A DNA stretch of 64,000 nucleotides from Escherichia phage chee24. The DNA lies in sequence record NC_047885.1; one strand, 5' to 3'. A program made the translations under genes and the position numbers. Below the pieces are notes generated by a model. The model did no database searches and was not told the DNA's origin. It was given only the letters and a program-made list of their open reading frames with translations. Shown here piece after piece: positions 55,077-64,000 of this stretch (positions are counted from its first letter, which is position 1; every line of letters begins with the position of its first letter).

Positions 55077-57134
55077 TTACCTTATATGGATATACCCACT
55101 ATTTAGGTCTATCTTCATCTTGTAGTATGCCTCAGGATTCCCGGATAGCGCAGCATTTCTATCATAAATGATATTAACACCAATTTGAGACAAGAAAGCA
55201 TTTCCGGCTACAATTTTATCCGCCGTCACCGTCCCATTAACAATCATGTTCCCATGAAGAACCATTGCAGGGTTAACCCACCCAGATCCATTCCATTGTC
55301 TGGTAAATGCTGATTGTGGAGAATTACTATTAAATTCGGTTAATACATCATATCTAACAGGAGGACTACCAAAGTTATTCTGGAAGAAGGCATTAGCCTG
55401 CCCATCATCCCAGCCTCCAAGACCAGGAATACCTAAGGAGTACATTCCAGGACCACGTTGTCCATCATGTCCTATAGTACCTTCAGTACCACTCCACTGA
55501 ACTACATCAGACCAGCTAGTACCTTCAAGAAGTTTGTTAGTAACGGGATCAAGTGTACCCGTAGTCGCATAGATATTTTGAGTCATATCTGTACGATTAG
55601 GTGGAGTTTTCGACCAACCAGGAGGCGGATAATCTTGCTCTAGTGGTTTTGCTGGAAGTGAGGTTGCTAACTTATAAACAAATACTGTCTGTTTACCTTG
55701 TAATCCAGTTCCAATATCTACGTCACCATTTGGTGTTCCAATGACTACACCACTAGAGATACGCAAAGTAGTACCATCATAACGTATCCATTGTGTAGCG
55801 TTACCAATGTCTAATTTAGCTTTGGCAGAGGTATTATCCATACCCATCCAAATACCAGAGTTATTATCCCCCCAAGATTTACCTTGAGTATAAATTGCTG
55901 GATTATCCTTACCAGATAAATTAGTCATGATAAAGTTCGCAGCATTAATATCTCTAGTAATTACTTTACCGTCAACGTTAACAACACGGTTTATAGGGTC
56001 AAAAGAAATAGGTGCTTTTCCTTCTTCATCTAGCAGACCAATGTTAATAGCACCAGTAGCTGCGTCGATTAAGAATGTCTGTCTCCAGATTTCTCCATCT
56101 TTCATACTGCCCTTAATAAAGGCGTAATTAACATCAATACCCGTCTCATTGACAAAGCTGTTGTCTAGAGGAGTATCTTCATTCAATATAAATGTTACAG
56201 GAGCTGATTCTGTTATATCTTGCTTATTTGGTCCCCAGGCAATTGATGATACCTTAAAAGTATGCTCAACTTTCCATGGGAATGATATAATTGTTGCAGC
56301 TCTAGCCGCCCCAACGTTTATCTTTTGAGCTTTAGCCCAACCAGTCTTAGCGTATTCTTCAGAGTTTATATAAGTAACCAGAAATTCACGGACATTAGCA
56401 CCAGCACCACGTTCCCAGTCCCATTCTATTCTAACATCATATCGTTCCTTACCGTCTGCGATTCGTGCAGCTTTAAAGGCAATGTTAGTAGGTGCAGTAG
56501 GCGGTACGAAATTATAAGCTACAGTGAAAACGCTAGGATATTCATAATATCCAGATGAGTCAACTGTAACACCATCTGGCATCGTAACTTGACCAGATAT
56601 TCTGATCTTATAGTCTCCAACAGGAACACCACCAAATTTGATAGTAGGTCCCAGCGCACCTATATAATACTTAACCCATTCACTTTCTTCTGATGCAGTA
56701 CTTTTTAATTCAATAGTGCAGTAACTAGCTTCACCAGCAGTCTCTACAACAACTATTGGAGCACCAACACCAACATCAACGGGTTCTGATTCAGATCTTG
56801 CTGCAGTAATTATTGGCTTTTCCTTTGTTCTAAAATTAGTTTCATTAGAGAGGTTGATACCAATTTTTGCATTTAAAAGCTCTGAGTCAATAATTGAGTC
56901 ATAGAAAGCCCCCTGAATCTCATAGGAGGTAGAGGGGGTTAGATTATTAATCATTACGAAGAAAGTATCTATACCGGTGTAATCACGTCTATCTATACTT
57001 TCTCCTATTTTTAACCAAAAAGATCTACCAATAACATCATAATCAGTATAAATGGAGTGCTGGACATAAGCCAAAGTATATCCAGTCATTATACTATTTA
57101 AGACCATTTTGGCTGGTGCATTATTTGAAATCAT
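55077..57134 (-). CDS. pb4: baseplate tube / tail tip protein (T5 pb4-like)
   Basis: Position and size match remembered pb4; start set at the ATG overlapping the pb3 stop (track 57149 is a GTG). Confidence 0.6.
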   Translation of the reverse strand: MISNNAPAKMVLNSIMTGYTLAYVQHSIYTDYDVIGRSFWLKIGESIDRRDYTGIDTFFVMINNLTPSTSYEIQGAFYDSIIDSELLNAKIGINLSNETNFRTKEKPIITAARSESEPVDVGVGAPIVVVETAGEASYCTIELKSTASEESEWVKYYIGALGPTIKFGGVPVGDYKIRISGQVTMPDGVTVDSSGYYEYPSVFTVAYNFVPPTAPTNIAFKAARIADGKERYDVRIEWDWERGAGANVREFLVTYINSEEYAKTGWAKAQKINVGAARAATIISFPWKVEHTFKVSSIAWGPNKQDITESAPVTFILNEDTPLDNSFVNETGIDVNYAFIKGSMKDGEIWRQTFLIDAATGAINIGLLDEEGKAPISFDPINRVVNVDGKVITRDINAANFIMTNLSGKDNPAIYTQGKSWGDNNSGIWMGMDNTSAKAKLDIGNATQWIRYDGTTLRISSGVVIGTPNGDVDIGTGLQGKQTVFVYKLATSLPAKPLEQDYPPPGWSKTPPNRTDMTQNIYATTGTLDPVTNKLLEGTSWSDVVQWSGTEGTIGHDGQRGPGMYSLGIPGLGGWDDGQANAFFQNNFGSPPVRYDVLTEFNSNSPQSAFTRQWNGSGWVNPAMVLHGNMIVNGTVTADKIVAGNAFLSQIGVNIIYDRNAALSGNPEAYYKMKIDLNSGYIHIR

Positions 57135-59983
57135 TAAATGGATGCCCACTCCACAGACTGTTCTCCATCATCTCCTTCAGCCCTAATACGAAAATACAAT
57201 TTTCTATTTATACCTAGAGCACCACTGTTGTGGAGAGCAAAATCTGCCTTATTATATGTTAGTAAATAGTCATAAGTATACTGATTTTCAATACGTACAC
57301 TTCTTAACATCCTATTTTGTGAATCGTGTATTTCAAGGGTATAAAATATACTCTCTATTATATCTTCTTCCGGTATCCTATCCCAAGCTAGTTTTACATC
57401 TGGGCCGACAAACTCAGTTACATCCCCAGAGGCCGTATTAGTTACTCTAAAATTAGATACTACGCTTAGGTTTTTAGCAGAGTTAAGCTCTATAGATAAT
57501 GTTACTGGAGAACTTCTTCTACCATTAATATCTACTGCCCTTATCTCAAATATAGCCAGACCTGCTGGTTCCCCAATTATTTCTTGGATCATACGTTCGT
57601 TAGGATTGGTCTCTAACTGTTGTATTATGTAAGGTTCGGCATGGCCTGAGTGCACAATAGAGTAGTAAACTACATTATTGGTTAGACTCGGAAGCCAGGA
57701 TAACTCACCATTTTTACCTATAGAACCAACTAAGCCGCCGGGTGTAGGAGTATACTTAAAATCTCTAGGAGGAAGAACATTGTTACTAATATCTGGTATA
57801 TCATTACCGCTATTATCAACCTGCTCAGAGTTGATGAATACATCTTCTCCATACTCCTGTAGAGTAACATTAATCTTACCCTCTCTAGAGTTTTCAACCT
57901 CATCAACTAGGAAATACTTTTTGTCCCATCCATAACGATCATATGTGAATGCAATAGCATCATTAGGCTCAATACCAATGAATTGATATGGCAATGAGAA
58001 AGAAAGTGTTCTTGAGTATCTGGATTTCTTAAGTTCTCTATCCGCAAAACTTCTTGCAGTATAGTAATTAGTAATATTAGCAAAAGATAGTTGTAATTTT
58101 TTATCCAGGTTCTTGTCCTGTTCCTTATACCTGGAGTTATAGAATGTAATGGAATTAGTTTTCCAGCTAAGGGCTGGATCTACGATAGATGCTTGAACTG
58201 AGTTGAATTTATTTCTACCAGTAGTATCAGATAGCTCCAAATCACCGTAAGTATCTAGAAAATTAATCTCTAATGGAGTATTAGAGTATTTTTCTACAGT
58301 AACCCTGTACTGGCCAGATAAGTTGTTAATAGCCCCACCGTAGGACTCTAATAAACCTTGCACATTTTTAAATACTGATTCAGATGTATCCAGAATAGTA
58401 TTCATTTGTACTATTTGTCTATTTTCTGCTAGTGGATCAGTCCACCCAACGTATCTCCAATATGGCTGCCAAGATACCTGATAGGATTCATCTATAATAT
58501 CTAAAATAGCTGCTTCCTGTATTAATTGCTGAAGGGGGAACTGATCAATGGTAATACTAGCGCCATATCTATCAGAGGTTAAGTAATCAAGTGTTTGCCA
58601 AATACCATTTAAACTAGTACTATTAGCAGTTACTCTACCATCAGAATGATAGACTTTTACTTTTTTACCTTGAATTTCAGCACTAACTTCAGGAATCTCA
58701 GTCCTATTTTCATTAATAGTGAAGCGCACCACTGCGTATGCAGTATCTAGTAGTTTATACCTAGCATCCCAGTACTCCGGTCCATTGCCATTCATATTCT
58801 GAAGGTAGAACCCACGTTCTTTAGCTATATCTACTAGTACTTCAGAAGCCGTTTGGTCAGGTTTTCCATGATACGTCCAAATTCTTATATCACCATTACC
58901 ATCATTATATTTATATTCCTGGCCATGCACAGAAGGACTACTAGAAGATATTCCTGATGCTATTCTTTGCATGGTGTCTCCGGCTACTTTTTTAACACCG
59001 AAACAGGTTCTAGCAGAGCTATCATTAGAGTCCATACAAATCATAGGGTTATCCCCAAAGGAAAAGTCAAGAAAACCGTCTATCTCTCCTTCAGCAAAAG
59101 CATATACTACGTAAACTATATTAGGATTGTGTAATTCCGTATCCGCAAAAATAGGTATTCCCGGTACTTTCTGTACACCATAAACTACTGGTAGATACTT
59201 AGCAGCAAGGTTAAAATCTATATCTACTTCTTTAGTAACAGTCTCATAATACTTTTTAAGACTATAACTTCTAGATAGTCCAAATAGCTTTTTCTTAGAC
59301 TTTAGCTTGTATCTTTCTTCCTGTACCTGATACTTTGCTAGAATAGAGATACTTTTATTGGCATGAAAGAAACCGTAGTCTTCTTGGTACTCAAGTCTTT
59401 TAGCCCCGTTAGATGGAAGTAATTGTCCTGCTACAACTTCAAGCCCTCTATGAGAAGCATCATCAGTAAATCTACCATTAACCCTATCAAAATCATAGAA
59501 TTGGTTAGAACAATTCCAAGTAATTGTGGAGGTTCCAACTCCCGAAGTGCTAATATTATCCTTAATACCTCCACCAGTAATTCTACCTCTAAAGTATAAT
59601 AAAGGCCCATTTGTGTCTGGGTCTACAGGTAAAATAGAACCATCTTCTGTAATAATTGCTTGGTGAATTGATACTAATCTATCTAAAAAAGACACACCAT
59701 TCTGCACTAATTTCAGTACTTCATCCTGCGCTGTACCTGTAATAGTAAAAGATAGGCTGCCAATAGATAAATCTCTATTTTGTTTATGTGTGCTAATAGA
59801 CTTAACTTTACCGGCCTGGTACAAAATACCATTATATAGTACATCTCTAAAATAGTCAGTTAAGTAAATAAAAGCAGTACTAGTACCAGTAGAGCCGGGT
59901 AATTCTAGAGAAATTAGACTAGCAGTTTTTATTCTGCTATTATTTTTTAAGTAGTTTCTAGCACTATCTAATATTTTTTTCAT
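57134..59983 (-). CDS. pb3: baseplate hub protein (T5 pb3-like, 949 aa)
   Basis: Length equals remembered pb3; ATGA coupling with the distal tail protein gene. Confidence 0.65.
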   Translation of the reverse strand: MKKILDSARNYLKNNSRIKTASLISLELPGSTGTSTAFIYLTDYFRDVLYNGILYQAGKVKSISTHKQNRDLSIGSLSFTITGTAQDEVLKLVQNGVSFLDRLVSIHQAIITEDGSILPVDPDTNGPLLYFRGRITGGGIKDNISTSGVGTSTITWNCSNQFYDFDRVNGRFTDDASHRGLEVVAGQLLPSNGAKRLEYQEDYGFFHANKSISILAKYQVQEERYKLKSKKKLFGLSRSYSLKKYYETVTKEVDIDFNLAAKYLPVVYGVQKVPGIPIFADTELHNPNIVYVVYAFAEGEIDGFLDFSFGDNPMICMDSNDSSARTCFGVKKVAGDTMQRIASGISSSSPSVHGQEYKYNDGNGDIRIWTYHGKPDQTASEVLVDIAKERGFYLQNMNGNGPEYWDARYKLLDTAYAVVRFTINENRTEIPEVSAEIQGKKVKVYHSDGRVTANSTSLNGIWQTLDYLTSDRYGASITIDQFPLQQLIQEAAILDIIDESYQVSWQPYWRYVGWTDPLAENRQIVQMNTILDTSESVFKNVQGLLESYGGAINNLSGQYRVTVEKYSNTPLEINFLDTYGDLELSDTTGRNKFNSVQASIVDPALSWKTNSITFYNSRYKEQDKNLDKKLQLSFANITNYYTARSFADRELKKSRYSRTLSFSLPYQFIGIEPNDAIAFTYDRYGWDKKYFLVDEVENSREGKINVTLQEYGEDVFINSEQVDNSGNDIPDISNNVLPPRDFKYTPTPGGLVGSIGKNGELSWLPSLTNNVVYYSIVHSGHAEPYIIQQLETNPNERMIQEIIGEPAGLAIFEIRAVDINGRRSSPVTLSIELNSAKNLSVVSNFRVTNTASGDVTEFVGPDVKLAWDRIPEEDIIESIFYTLEIHDSQNRMLRSVRIENQYTYDYLLTYNKADFALHNSGALGINRKLYFRIRAEGDDGEQSVEWASI

Positions 59984-60594
59984 AGACTTTCCCGTAAATT
60001 TAATGAGATGTTGGAATATGTTCCGTTATTATTTAGTGTAGATCCAAAAGCATCACCATTCATGAGTTTTGTTCTAAATAGTATTCCATTAAATACTGGC
60101 TTCTCCGCTCCAGTAGTAGTTATAAATAAATCAGGATATAAGTTTATAGACCATGTATTACCTGATTTGTTAAATGATGTTATTTTATATACTTTTGGGT
60201 GGTTAGACAGCTTAAATAGATCCCCCGGTTTTGGAGTACCTGTAAGAAGTCCTTTTGTATCCATAGTTATATTAGAACCCTTCTGTCCAGCAGGTATATT
60301 TACTAGACTAGTATTACCTCTAACTCTAAAAGCTTCGTATTGGGGTAATATAACATCTATATAACCACCAGTCCTTTTGTATTCTAGAATAAAAGCATCT
60401 AGAACACTATATTCATCTGGAAATAATTCTGGATAAGAAATATTTATACCCCAGTATTGAGCAGATACCTTAACTTCGTTAACTTTACCATTTGGTAACT
60501 CATCACGAATTACTGGGTCATTATCAATCAGGTTAACACTTTCGAATCCTAAGCCTGAAAGTTCTGGATTCGTGTATGGGTCTGGTAATCTCAT
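59980..60594 (-). CDS. pb9: distal tail protein (T5 pb9-like, 204 aa)
   Basis: Length and position; RBS AAAGAGGAGAAATTAACT-ATG. Confidence 0.6.
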   Translation of the reverse strand: MRLPDPYTNPELSGLGFESVNLIDNDPVIRDELPNGKVNEVKVSAQYWGINISYPELFPDEYSVLDAFILEYKRTGGYIDVILPQYEAFRVRGNTSLVNIPAGQKGSNITMDTKGLLTGTPKPGDLFKLSNHPKVYKITSFNKSGNTWSINLYPDLFITTTGAEKPVFNGILFRTKLMNGDAFGSTLNNNGTYSNISLNLRESL

Positions 60595-60622
60595 AGTTAA
60601 TTTCTCCTCTTTAATAACAATA

Positions 60623-60650
60623 TTATAATAGTATTAGAAAATTTTATCAA
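60623..60650 (-). promoter_or_regulatory. sigma70-like promoter (minus sense TTGATA-16-TATAAT) ahead of the pb9-like gene
   Basis: Plus-strand ATTATA 60623-60628 and TATCAA 60645-60650. Confidence 0.45.
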
Positions 60651-60660
60651 GAAATTTTTA

Positions 60661-60697
60661 TTTTTCCATAAAGAAAAGGAGGACTCAAAGTCCTCCT
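60661..60697 (-). terminator. rho-independent terminator after the tape measure gene
   Basis: Stem AGGAGGACT/AGTCCTCCT with CAA loop; minus-sense TTTCTTTATGG follows. Confidence 0.6.
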
Positions 60698-60703
60698 CCA
60701 GTT

Positions 60704-63700
60704 TTAAGAATTTCCTAATGTTTTCAGACTAGCACCGTTCTCATTCAGAGCTAATTCTACTGCGTCTCTTAGAGCACCACTATTACTAGAAGCAAACTCT
60801 CTAAAACTTGCAGCATCCATAGCACTAATATTCAAGATGATAGGTCTTCCTGAAGTTGAGTTAGATGAGGTTTTTAGCTCATCATTAGGTGTAGCTTTCA
60901 TAGGAACCATAGGGGTAACTACTTCTGTACCATGCTCACCCATTTGATAGCTAACCCCAGGGTACATATTACCACCCTCAGCACGAGGAACGAAAGAGTT
61001 AGCACCGCCTATGCCTTTATCACCACGGATATAAGATAATTCACCAGCATTAGCAGACATAGACACATCTATATTCTTCTGACGCTCTCCTAAGGTTAGG
61101 TAACTAGTTGTATCCGCTCCAGAATCAGCAATACTTGACATACCAGATGCAGAAGATGCTTGTGCTAATGCCAATGCACCCGCTAAACCTGCCGCAACCA
61201 TTAGTGGAATAGAGAACGGATATGGAACAGCGGTGGCTGCCTGCATTACAGCTACTGCAGTTTGGATGATAATCTGCTTCTTAGCTGCGTCTTGTTGAAT
61301 CTTCAGCTTTTCAGCTTCCAACTTCTTCAACTTAGCTTTAGATGCTTCTGATTTACCATCACGCTTCTGTTCAGCTGCAATAGCCTGATCAATTGCACTA
61401 ACCTGCTGACTAGCACTATACTGAATCACAGAAGATACAGCTTGCATACCTGCTGCGATCGTGGAAGTAGTATCTAGTGATTTCATTGAGAACTGAATCA
61501 TAGCATTAGTTAAATTACCCATGCTTTGAGCCACAGCAGTTGCTTCGGAGTTTAGCTCAGATAACTTAGAGATTGCCTGATCATAAGAAGCCATTCTATT
61601 TCCCATATCAGCAAAATCTTTATCTTCTCCAGATAGTCCAGTTGTAGGAGTGTACACAGCACCTAAAGAAGATCCAACAGAAGCTTGCATCTCCGCATTT
61701 CTCTGTGCCCTTAAACCTGCTAGTTGTGCCCTAGTTTCAGCTATCTTTTTATTATATTCTGCTTGTGCCGCAGCATTACCTAATGTTTTCTGCTTTAAGT
61801 CTTCATATAATTTTAGCTGTTCCTGTAAGCGCTCCGCATTTCCCATTAATGGTTTAGTAGTAAATTGTCTTTGCTGTTCTTCCTCTCTACCAGCAGCCAT
61901 TGAAGCAATCTGATCTTGGCGGAATTTCCAGATTTCACGTTCAATTTGGGCTTGAGCACGTCTAGACTGTTCCGCCTCCTTCTGTTTATCAGCTTGTTTT
62001 GTATACCATTCGTACTTCTCTTTTTCAATGGTCAATTCAAGATTTAACTGTGCTAGACGATACTGAGTATCTGTCATAGTACGGTTATTTAAGAGAGCTA
62101 TCTCACGATCTACACCCAGGATTTTATCTGTATAATCCTTAACCTTCTTCTGGGCCTCCATACCCTGATTGGTAAGTTTAAGTTTCTCCAGCTGAATTTT
62201 TTCAATTTCTTTCTCAACAGCTTTATTTCCCTGGTTTGTTTGAAGAACACGGCGTAAAGCAGCTTCTTGCTCTTCTAACTGTTGGAGTTCTAAACGCCTA
62301 CCGGCTTCCTGTGCTTTTTCTTTATCCTTAGTTTGGTTATATACATCAGCTATCTTCTGTTGAACTGCTAACTGGTTCTTAGTCTCATTACCGGTTAGTT
62401 TAACGTACTCAGATAAGGCCTGAGACGCAGTTTTCATTTCGGACAGAGTATTGTAGCCTAGGTTAAGATTTTTAACGTATTCATCAGCACTCTTACCAGT
62501 ACCTAGAGATAGAGATTCTATATTTTTTATAGCATCTGCTAAAGTAGCACTAGTTTTAGCAGCAGTATCTGTATTCTGAGCAACGTTCTGTATGTCATTA
62601 GCTAAGTCACTAGCCGTTTTCTTAGTCTGATTGTACGCTTTCTGCTGCTCAGTTAGTCCTTTTAATACAGTAGAGTTAAAATCGTATACAGCATCAGGAT
62701 CAGTAGTATCTCTCTGTAGATTAATTTGCTTCTGAAACTCTGGACTAGCCTTTGCAGCAGCGGCACCAGCAGCTTGATACGCTGATTTCCAAGCATTGAG
62801 ATTCTCTGTAGAATCCTCTACTTCCTTACCAAGTCTAGTTACTTGTAGACCCATAGCTGCAGTTTCTGCTACAAATTGCTTATTGGCCTCCGAAGCACCT
62901 GCTGCTGCAAGACCAACAGGAATACCTTCACCAACTTGACGTATAGCTAATTTTGTATAGAAATCTGCTTGTTCCATTCGTTTATCAAACTCAGATTTTA
63001 GCTTATTACGCTTATCAAGAGATTCCTTATACATATCTAGAGCTTTATTATAGCCTTCTTCAGAAGCAGCTAAACTTAAAGCAACAGCACCAACGTTGGT
63101 AGGGTCTATCTGTCTATTAGTTTTTTCTTGAGCTCTAGCTGCTTCGGCAGATATAGAAGCCTGAGATGTATAAAATACTGTGTTGATAGCGTCAATTACT
63201 GGCCCTAAATACTTAGCAGCAGCTTGTTGTATTTTTCTTAGTGCAGCATCTGCATTAGCAGCAAATTGCTCCCATGGAGTTGCACGTAGTACTTCGTCTA
63301 GGTAGCCAAACCGCTTAGTAGATTCAGCAATTACCGCGTTAGCGTATGCTTGTTGTTTCTGGAAAGTGGTAAGACTATTAACATTATATGTTATACCTGT
63401 GTTTGCAGCATTTAACTGTTTAACATAATCAGCGTATGCGTCATTAAGACGGATGGTGACACCAAGTTCATCCAGAAGTTCGATTTCTTGTTTAGATACA
63501 CCCTTAATTACACGGTTAAGTGCATCAGTCATATCAACGCCAAGAACAGCAGCAGCACGACGAGCTACTAAACCAAATTTATTAAGTTGTTCGGCATCAA
63601 ATCCATAAGCAGATGCTGAAGATGCCTGTCTCATTGCTTCCTCAAAAGAAATAGCATATCCAGCAGCTTCTTGTAGTGATCTAGCAAGGGTCTGAACAGG

Positions 63701-64000
63701 AGTACCTGTCTGAGTACCTACTATAACACCAAATTTTTCTAGACGATTTAGCTGATCACCTAGTTTAAGTTGTTCAAATGCTGATTGCAAAACGAAGATG
63801 TTGGAAGCAAGAGCTGCGTACATAATAGGTAGACTACCACCGATCTTAGCCATTGCCGCAAAATCACGAGTTGCACCACGTGCTGAACCAGAAGTATTAC
63901 CAATAGCTCTAGAAGCTCTACCAGCGGCACCAGCAGTATCATTAAAACCTCTAGCTGTACCGCCTAAAACTCTATTGGTGTCATACAATCTATCTTGAAC
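60704..64000 (-). CDS. pb2: tail tape measure protein (T5 pb2-like), partial: N-terminus beyond window end
   Basis: Over 1090 aa of coiled-coil-rich sequence with a Gly/Ala hydrophobic segment; reading frame still open at the window edge. Confidence 0.75.
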   Translation of the reverse strand, partial: VQDRLYDTNRVLGGTARGFNDTAGAAGRASRAIGNTSGSARGATRDFAAMAKIGGSLPIMYAALASNIFVLQSAFEQLKLGDQLNRLEKFGVIVGTQTGTPVQTLARSLQEAAGYAISFEEAMRQASSASAYGFDAEQLNKFGLVARRAAAVLGVDMTDALNRVIKGVSKQEIELLDELGVTIRLNDAYADYVKQLNAANTGITYNVNSLTTFQKQQAYANAVIAESTKRFGYLDEVLRATPWEQFAANADAALRKIQQAAAKYLGPVIDAINTVFYTSQASISAEAARAQEKTNRQIDPTNVGAVALSLAASEEGYNKALDMYKESLDKRNKLKSEFDKRMEQADFYTKLAIRQVGEGIPVGLAAAGASEANKQFVAETAAMGLQVTRLGKEVEDSTENLNAWKSAYQAAGAAAAKASPEFQKQINLQRDTTDPDAVYDFNSTVLKGLTEQQKAYNQTKKTASDLANDIQNVAQNTDTAAKTSATLADAIKNIESLSLGTGKSADEYVKNLNLGYNTLSEMKTASQALSEYVKLTGNETKNQLAVQQKIADVYNQTKDKEKAQEAGRRLELQQLEEQEAALRRVLQTNQGNKAVEKEIEKIQLEKLKLTNQGMEAQKKVKDYTDKILGVDREIALLNNRTMTDTQYRLAQLNLELTIEKEKYEWYTKQADKQKEAEQSRRAQAQIEREIWKFRQDQIASMAAGREEEQQRQFTTKPLMGNAERLQEQLKLYEDLKQKTLGNAAAQAEYNKKIAETRAQLAGLRAQRNAEMQASVGSSLGAVYTPTTGLSGEDKDFADMGNRMASYDQAISKLSELNSEATAVAQSMGNLTNAMIQFSMKSLDTTSTIAAGMQAVSSVIQYSASQQVSAIDQAIAAEQKRDGKSEASKAKLKKLEAEKLKIQQDAAKKQIIIQTAVAVMQAATAVPYPFSIPLMVAAGLAGALALAQASSASGMSSIADSGADTTSYLTLGERQKNIDVSMSANAGELSYIRGDKGIGGANSFVPRAEGGNMYPGVSYQMGEHGTEVVTPMVPMKATPNDELKTSSNSTSGRPIILNISAMDAASFREFASSNSGALRDAVELALNENGASLKTLGNS

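Overview
This window reads as the early region plus the start of the tail (late) region of a T5-like siphophage (Tequintavirus). The stretch at 30861-30925 matches, from memory, the classic T5 P_N25 promoter and leader, and the protein at 47579-48454 matches the T5 D15 flap endonuclease; no database search was possible. Layout: (1) 1-6100 and 9000-9700, a minus-strand tRNA cluster (about 12 canonical tRNAs plus 4 tRNA-like elements) interleaved with small ORFs, a T5orf172 (GIY-YIG-like) gene and a TOPRIM-only primase paralog; (2) 6166-7966, a plus-strand promoter-3 gene-terminator cassette embedded among minus-strand genes, followed by an SPFH/band-7 gene; (3) 9900-22000, minus-strand early genes, each with its own sigma70-like promoter, including RNase H, thymidylate synthase, DHFR, NrdB, NrdA and PhoH; (4) 22200-49130, plus-strand early genes: NrdD, a Sir2-like protein, a HAD-like phosphatase, a large P-loop NTPase, a split NAD-dependent DNA ligase, DnaB-like helicase, primase, family-A DNA polymerase with a TTG start, SF2 helicase, SbcD/SbcC-like nuclease pair, flap endonuclease and dUTPase; (5) 49137-64000, minus-strand tail genes: two tail-fibre genes with C-terminal chaperone domains, collar, pb4-, pb3- and pb9-like proteins and a partial tape measure gene. 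Most interesting for follow-up are the plus-strand cassette, the Sir2/HAD/paralog cluster, a tRNA-Glu-like gene carrying a perfect 19-bp tandem duplication, an 88-bp element flanked by perfect 17-bp inverted repeats, and two long ORF-free regions. All calls rest on reading the sequence and remembered motifs; tRNA anticodons and gene starts are hand-folded or hand-picked and need tool confirmation.
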